DNA of 64,000 nt from Gemmatimonadota bacterium. Lineage in GTDB: Bacteria > Gemmatimonadota > Gemmatimonadetes > Gemmatimonadales > GWC2-71-9. The DNA is taken from contig JBDHKN010000011.1 in assembly GCA_039586365.1 (NCBI GenBank), positions 1 through 64,000 on the forward strand, read 5' to 3'. A program made the position numbers and the translations under genes. Position 1 is the stretch's first letter, and every line of letters begins with the position of its first letter. Positions 61,563 through 64,000 of this stretch are shown piece by piece. A model generated the notes under the pieces. That model searched no databases. It was not told the DNA's origin and saw nothing but the letters and a program-made list of their open reading frames with translations.

Positions 61563-62227
61563 CTGTGCGCCTTCGCTCGGGCGACCAGCTTGCTCCAGTC
61601 GTTGAGGAACTGGTCCAATCCGCGGTCGGTTAGCGGATGCAGTAACAGTCGCTTCAGTGTCGCAGTGGGCATCGTGGCTACGTCGGCTCCAATCAGCGCA
61701 GCCTCCGCCACGTGGCGCGGATGCCGGATCGATGCGGCGAGAATCTCAGTTTCTATCGCATAGTTGTCGAAGATCTGTCGCGTCTCCCGGACGACGTCCA
61801 TTCCATCGTGTCCAATGTCGTCCAACCGACCCAAGAAAGGAGAAACGTAGGTCGCTCCAGCCTTGGCGGCCACCAGGCACTGCACGGAGCTGAAGCAGAG
61901 GGTCACGTTTACCCTGATACCCTCCGTGCGGAGCCTGCGTACGACGGTCATTCCTTCCTCGAGCATCGGGATCTTCACGACGATGTTATCGTCTATGCGG
62001 GCCAGCGTCCGTCCTTCCTCATACATACCCTCTGCATCGACTGCGACCACTTCGGCACTTACCGGACCGCCCACTAGCGTGCAGATCTCCTTGAGTACGT
62101 CGTTGGGATCCACATCACCTGCATCCTTCGAAATAAGGGACGGATTGGTGGTAACGCCGTCGATCAGGCCGGCTCGAGCTGCCCACCCAATCTCGGCCAG
62201 ATTCGCCGTATCGAGAAAGAACTTCAT
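61559..62227 (-). CDS. fsa: Transaldolase / fructose-6-phosphate aldolase family protein
   Basis: [44 protein letters not shown]; start at ATG 62227. Confidence 0.93.
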   Translation of the reverse strand: MKFFLDTANLAEIGWAARAGLIDGVTTNPSLISKDAGDVDPNDVLKEICTLVGGPVSAEVVAVDAEGMYEEGRTLARIDDNIVVKIPMLEEGMTVVRRLRTEGIRVNVTLCFSSVQCLVAAKAGATYVSPFLGRLDDIGHDGMDVVRETRQIFDNYAIETEILAASIRHPRHVAEAALIGADVATMPTATLKRLLLHPLTDRGLDQFLNDWSKLVARAKAHS

Positions 62228-62234
62228 TGATCGG

Positions 62235-63002
62235 TCACCTTTTTGAGTCGGGGTAGCGGGCGCTAACAAAGTAAAGGCCTTCTGGTGGAGCCGGCGGACT
62301 CGTCTCCGCATTGCTGGTCTGTCCCAGAAGGCGTGAGATGTCGTCTGGTGGCCTGCGCCCGCGTCCTACGTCCACCAGCGTGCCTACCAAAAACCGCACC
62401 ATACGGTGCAGAAAGCGATCTGCCTCAATCTCAAAGATAAACCCTTTGGCATCGTCCCGCCTTTGCCATTTGGCGCGCATGACGCAACATCGGTAATGCG
62501 CTTTCTCTTGGCCCACAGACGAAAACGCTCGGAAGTCGTGTTCGCCTTCGAGGGGAGCTACAGCTAGCAAGATTCTGGCTTCGTCCAGCGGCTTGCCCAA
62601 AGCCCATTCGAAAGGTCGGCGAAACGGTGAAAACGCCGTCTCATCACAGCCGATCAAGTACCGATAGCTGCGTGAAACAGCATGTCGCCTCGCGTCAAAA
62701 TCATCTGGTGCTGTACCCACTCGGGTCACCCAAATGTCCTGGGGGACCAGCGCCCTGAGAGCTCGCAACAGCTCATGCGGATCCCACGGTCTGGGGAGGC
62801 TGAAGCTTACGACCTGCCCGAGGGCGTGGACCCCGGCGTCGGTGCGACCAGCGGCCCGGGTCACGATTTTGCAGTCGCACAGTCGAGTCAAGACTGTCTC
62901 GAACTCGCCCTGAACCGTGCGAGCTGACGGCTGCATCTGCCAGCCCGCAAAGCTTCCCCCGAAGTACTGAAGCACAGCGTAGAGAGAGATGCTCGCTGGC
63001 AT
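62235..63002 (-). CDS. truA: tRNA pseudouridine(38-40) synthase
   Basis: [33 protein letters not shown]; start at ATG 63002. Confidence 0.95.
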   Translation of the reverse strand: MPASISLYAVLQYFGGSFAGWQMQPSARTVQGEFETVLTRLCDCKIVTRAAGRTDAGVHALGQVVSFSLPRPWDPHELLRALRALVPQDIWVTRVGTAPDDFDARRHAVSRSYRYLIGCDETAFSPFRRPFEWALGKPLDEARILLAVAPLEGEHDFRAFSSVGQEKAHYRCCVMRAKWQRRDDAKGFIFEIEADRFLHRMVRFLVGTLVDVGRGRRPPDDISRLLGQTSNAETSPPAPPEGLYFVSARYPDSKR

Positions 63003-63009
63003 GTGCGGC

Positions 63010-63038
63010 AAAGTAGGCGCGGCTGCCAGAGGCTGCAA
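63010..63038 (-). promoter_or_regulatory. Likely leaderless promoter of truA
   Basis: Minus strand TTGCAG-17-TACTTT-7-ATG. Confidence 0.55.
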
Positions 63039-63120
63039 GCCGACCTCCGTTGACATTGCCTCGCGCGGGGTAGACTGTTCCTGGGACTCTCATGGACGAG
63101 GGCTCGTACTTGGTTCCGCA

Positions 63121-64000
63121 ATGACGCCCGGGACAACGACACCGGTCTCCCAGTCGCTCAAGGATCTTGCCAACGGAGAGGCTCTGAGCGAGGAGCTTGC
63201 CACTGCAGCCTTCACTCAACTGATGAGCGGTGAGGCTACGGCTGCACAAACCGCGGCTCTGCTGACGGGACTGCGGGTGCGGGGCGAGTCGGTGGATGAG
63301 GTCACTGGTGCAGTACGTGCACTGCGGGAAGCCATGGTTCATGTCGACGTGGAGGACCGCAATCGTCTGATCGACACGTGCGGAACTGGAGGCGGAACCG
63401 TCCCAACTTTCAACATCTCTACGGGGGCGGCCATCGTTGCCGTGGGTGCCGGGGCTCGCGTGGCCAAGCACGGCAACCGCTCCCACACTTCCAAGTGTGG
63501 ATCGGCCGACGTGCTGGAAGCTTTGGGTGTGAACATTTCAGTGAACGCGGCCCGAGCGGCTCAAGTGCTAAGTCAAACCGGCATGGTGTTCTTGTTCGCG
63601 CCGGCATTCCACCCAGCTATGAAGTTCGTTGCGCCAGTGCGGCGTGAGATAGGGATTCCCACGATCATGAATTTGATAGGCCCGTTGGCGAATCCTGCTG
63701 GTGTGTCACGTCAACTGGTGGGCGTGGCCGATCAGCGCCGTGGACCGTTGTTGGCTGAGGTATTGCAGCGCCTGGGGGCCGAACACGCCATGGTTGTGCA
63801 CGGCAGCGTGGGGATGGATGAGATAGCCCCACGCGGGACGACGCAGGTCTGGGAGGTGTGTTGTGGCGAGATGTTCTCGTGGACGCTTGACCCGAAGGAT
63901 TTCGGCTTGGAAGTGGATGATCTGCGTCTGATAGCGGGCGGCGCGCCGGAAGACAACTCGAATCGCATAGCCGACCTACTCGCTGATCCGGAGCGAGACC
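63121..64000 (+). CDS. trpD: Anthranilate phosphoribosyltransferase (3' end beyond the window; absent from the ORF track)
   Basis: Manual translation from ATG 63121: DTCGTGG..FNIST..VAKHGNRS.TSKCGSADVLEALG..FAPAFHP..GPLANP. Confidence 0.95.
   Translation, partial: MTPGTTTPVSQSLKDLANGEALSEELATAAFTQLMSGEATAAQTAALLTGLRVRGESVDEVTGAVRALREAMVHVDVEDRNRLIDTCGTGGGTVPTFNISTGAAIVAVGAGARVAKHGNRSHTSKCGSADVLEALGVNISVNAARAAQVLSQTGMVFLFAPAFHPAMKFVAPVRREIGIPTIMNLIGPLANPAGVSRQLVGVADQRRGPLLAEVLQRLGAEHAMVVHGSVGMDEIAPRGTTQVWEVCCGEMFSWTLDPKDFGLEVDDLRLIAGGAPEDNSNRIADLLADPERD

Noticed and set aside
63050..63076. TTGACA...TAGACT promoter for trpD
   Set aside because: Spacer is only 15 nt; plausible but not well supported
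1..64000. CRISPR array, prophage, rRNA/tRNA genes, defence systems
   Set aside because: No regularly spaced repeats, phage or defence motifs, or tRNA cloverleaf other than the tRNA-like domain of tmRNA

Overview
About 60% GC chromosomal housekeeping region, most likely from a Gemmatimonadota bacterium. This is inferred from gene order, protein style and the tmRNA tag ANTDLALAA; no database was searched. Left end: an SDR and a five-gene D-amino-acid/D-peptide salvage locus (YkvI-like membrane protein, GNAT, NSAR/OSBS, signal-peptide-bearing M55 DppA, M20 deacylase). A long plus-strand core block follows: HEAT protein + PAS-GGDEF, tyrA-like/aroA/cmk/rpsA, acyl-CoA carboxylase genes, rplM-rpsI-rpsB-tsf-pyrH-frr-cdsA-dxr-rseP, rpsO-pnp, M16, ald, mreBCD-mrdA-rodA, accD-folC-hisS-proS-lysA-guaA, dusB-larB-GGDEF, then tmRNA. 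A minus-strand block (truA-fsa-htrA-purB-purC-[psd remnant]-pssA-lipoprotein-zinc ribbon-purF-ppdK) converges on it, and trpD runs off the right end. No CRISPR array, prophage, rRNA or tRNA was seen. Best second-look items: the D-amino-acid locus with a candidate transporter and exported peptidase; an internally deleted psd pseudogene next to an intact pssA; a full-length but catalytically degenerate TyrA; a degenerate GGDEF protein coupled to dusB-larB; a likely CTG start for folC; an IS91-type relic behind tmRNA; repeated leaderless promoters; and ribosomal-protein leader RNAs. All calls are from manual motif reading.
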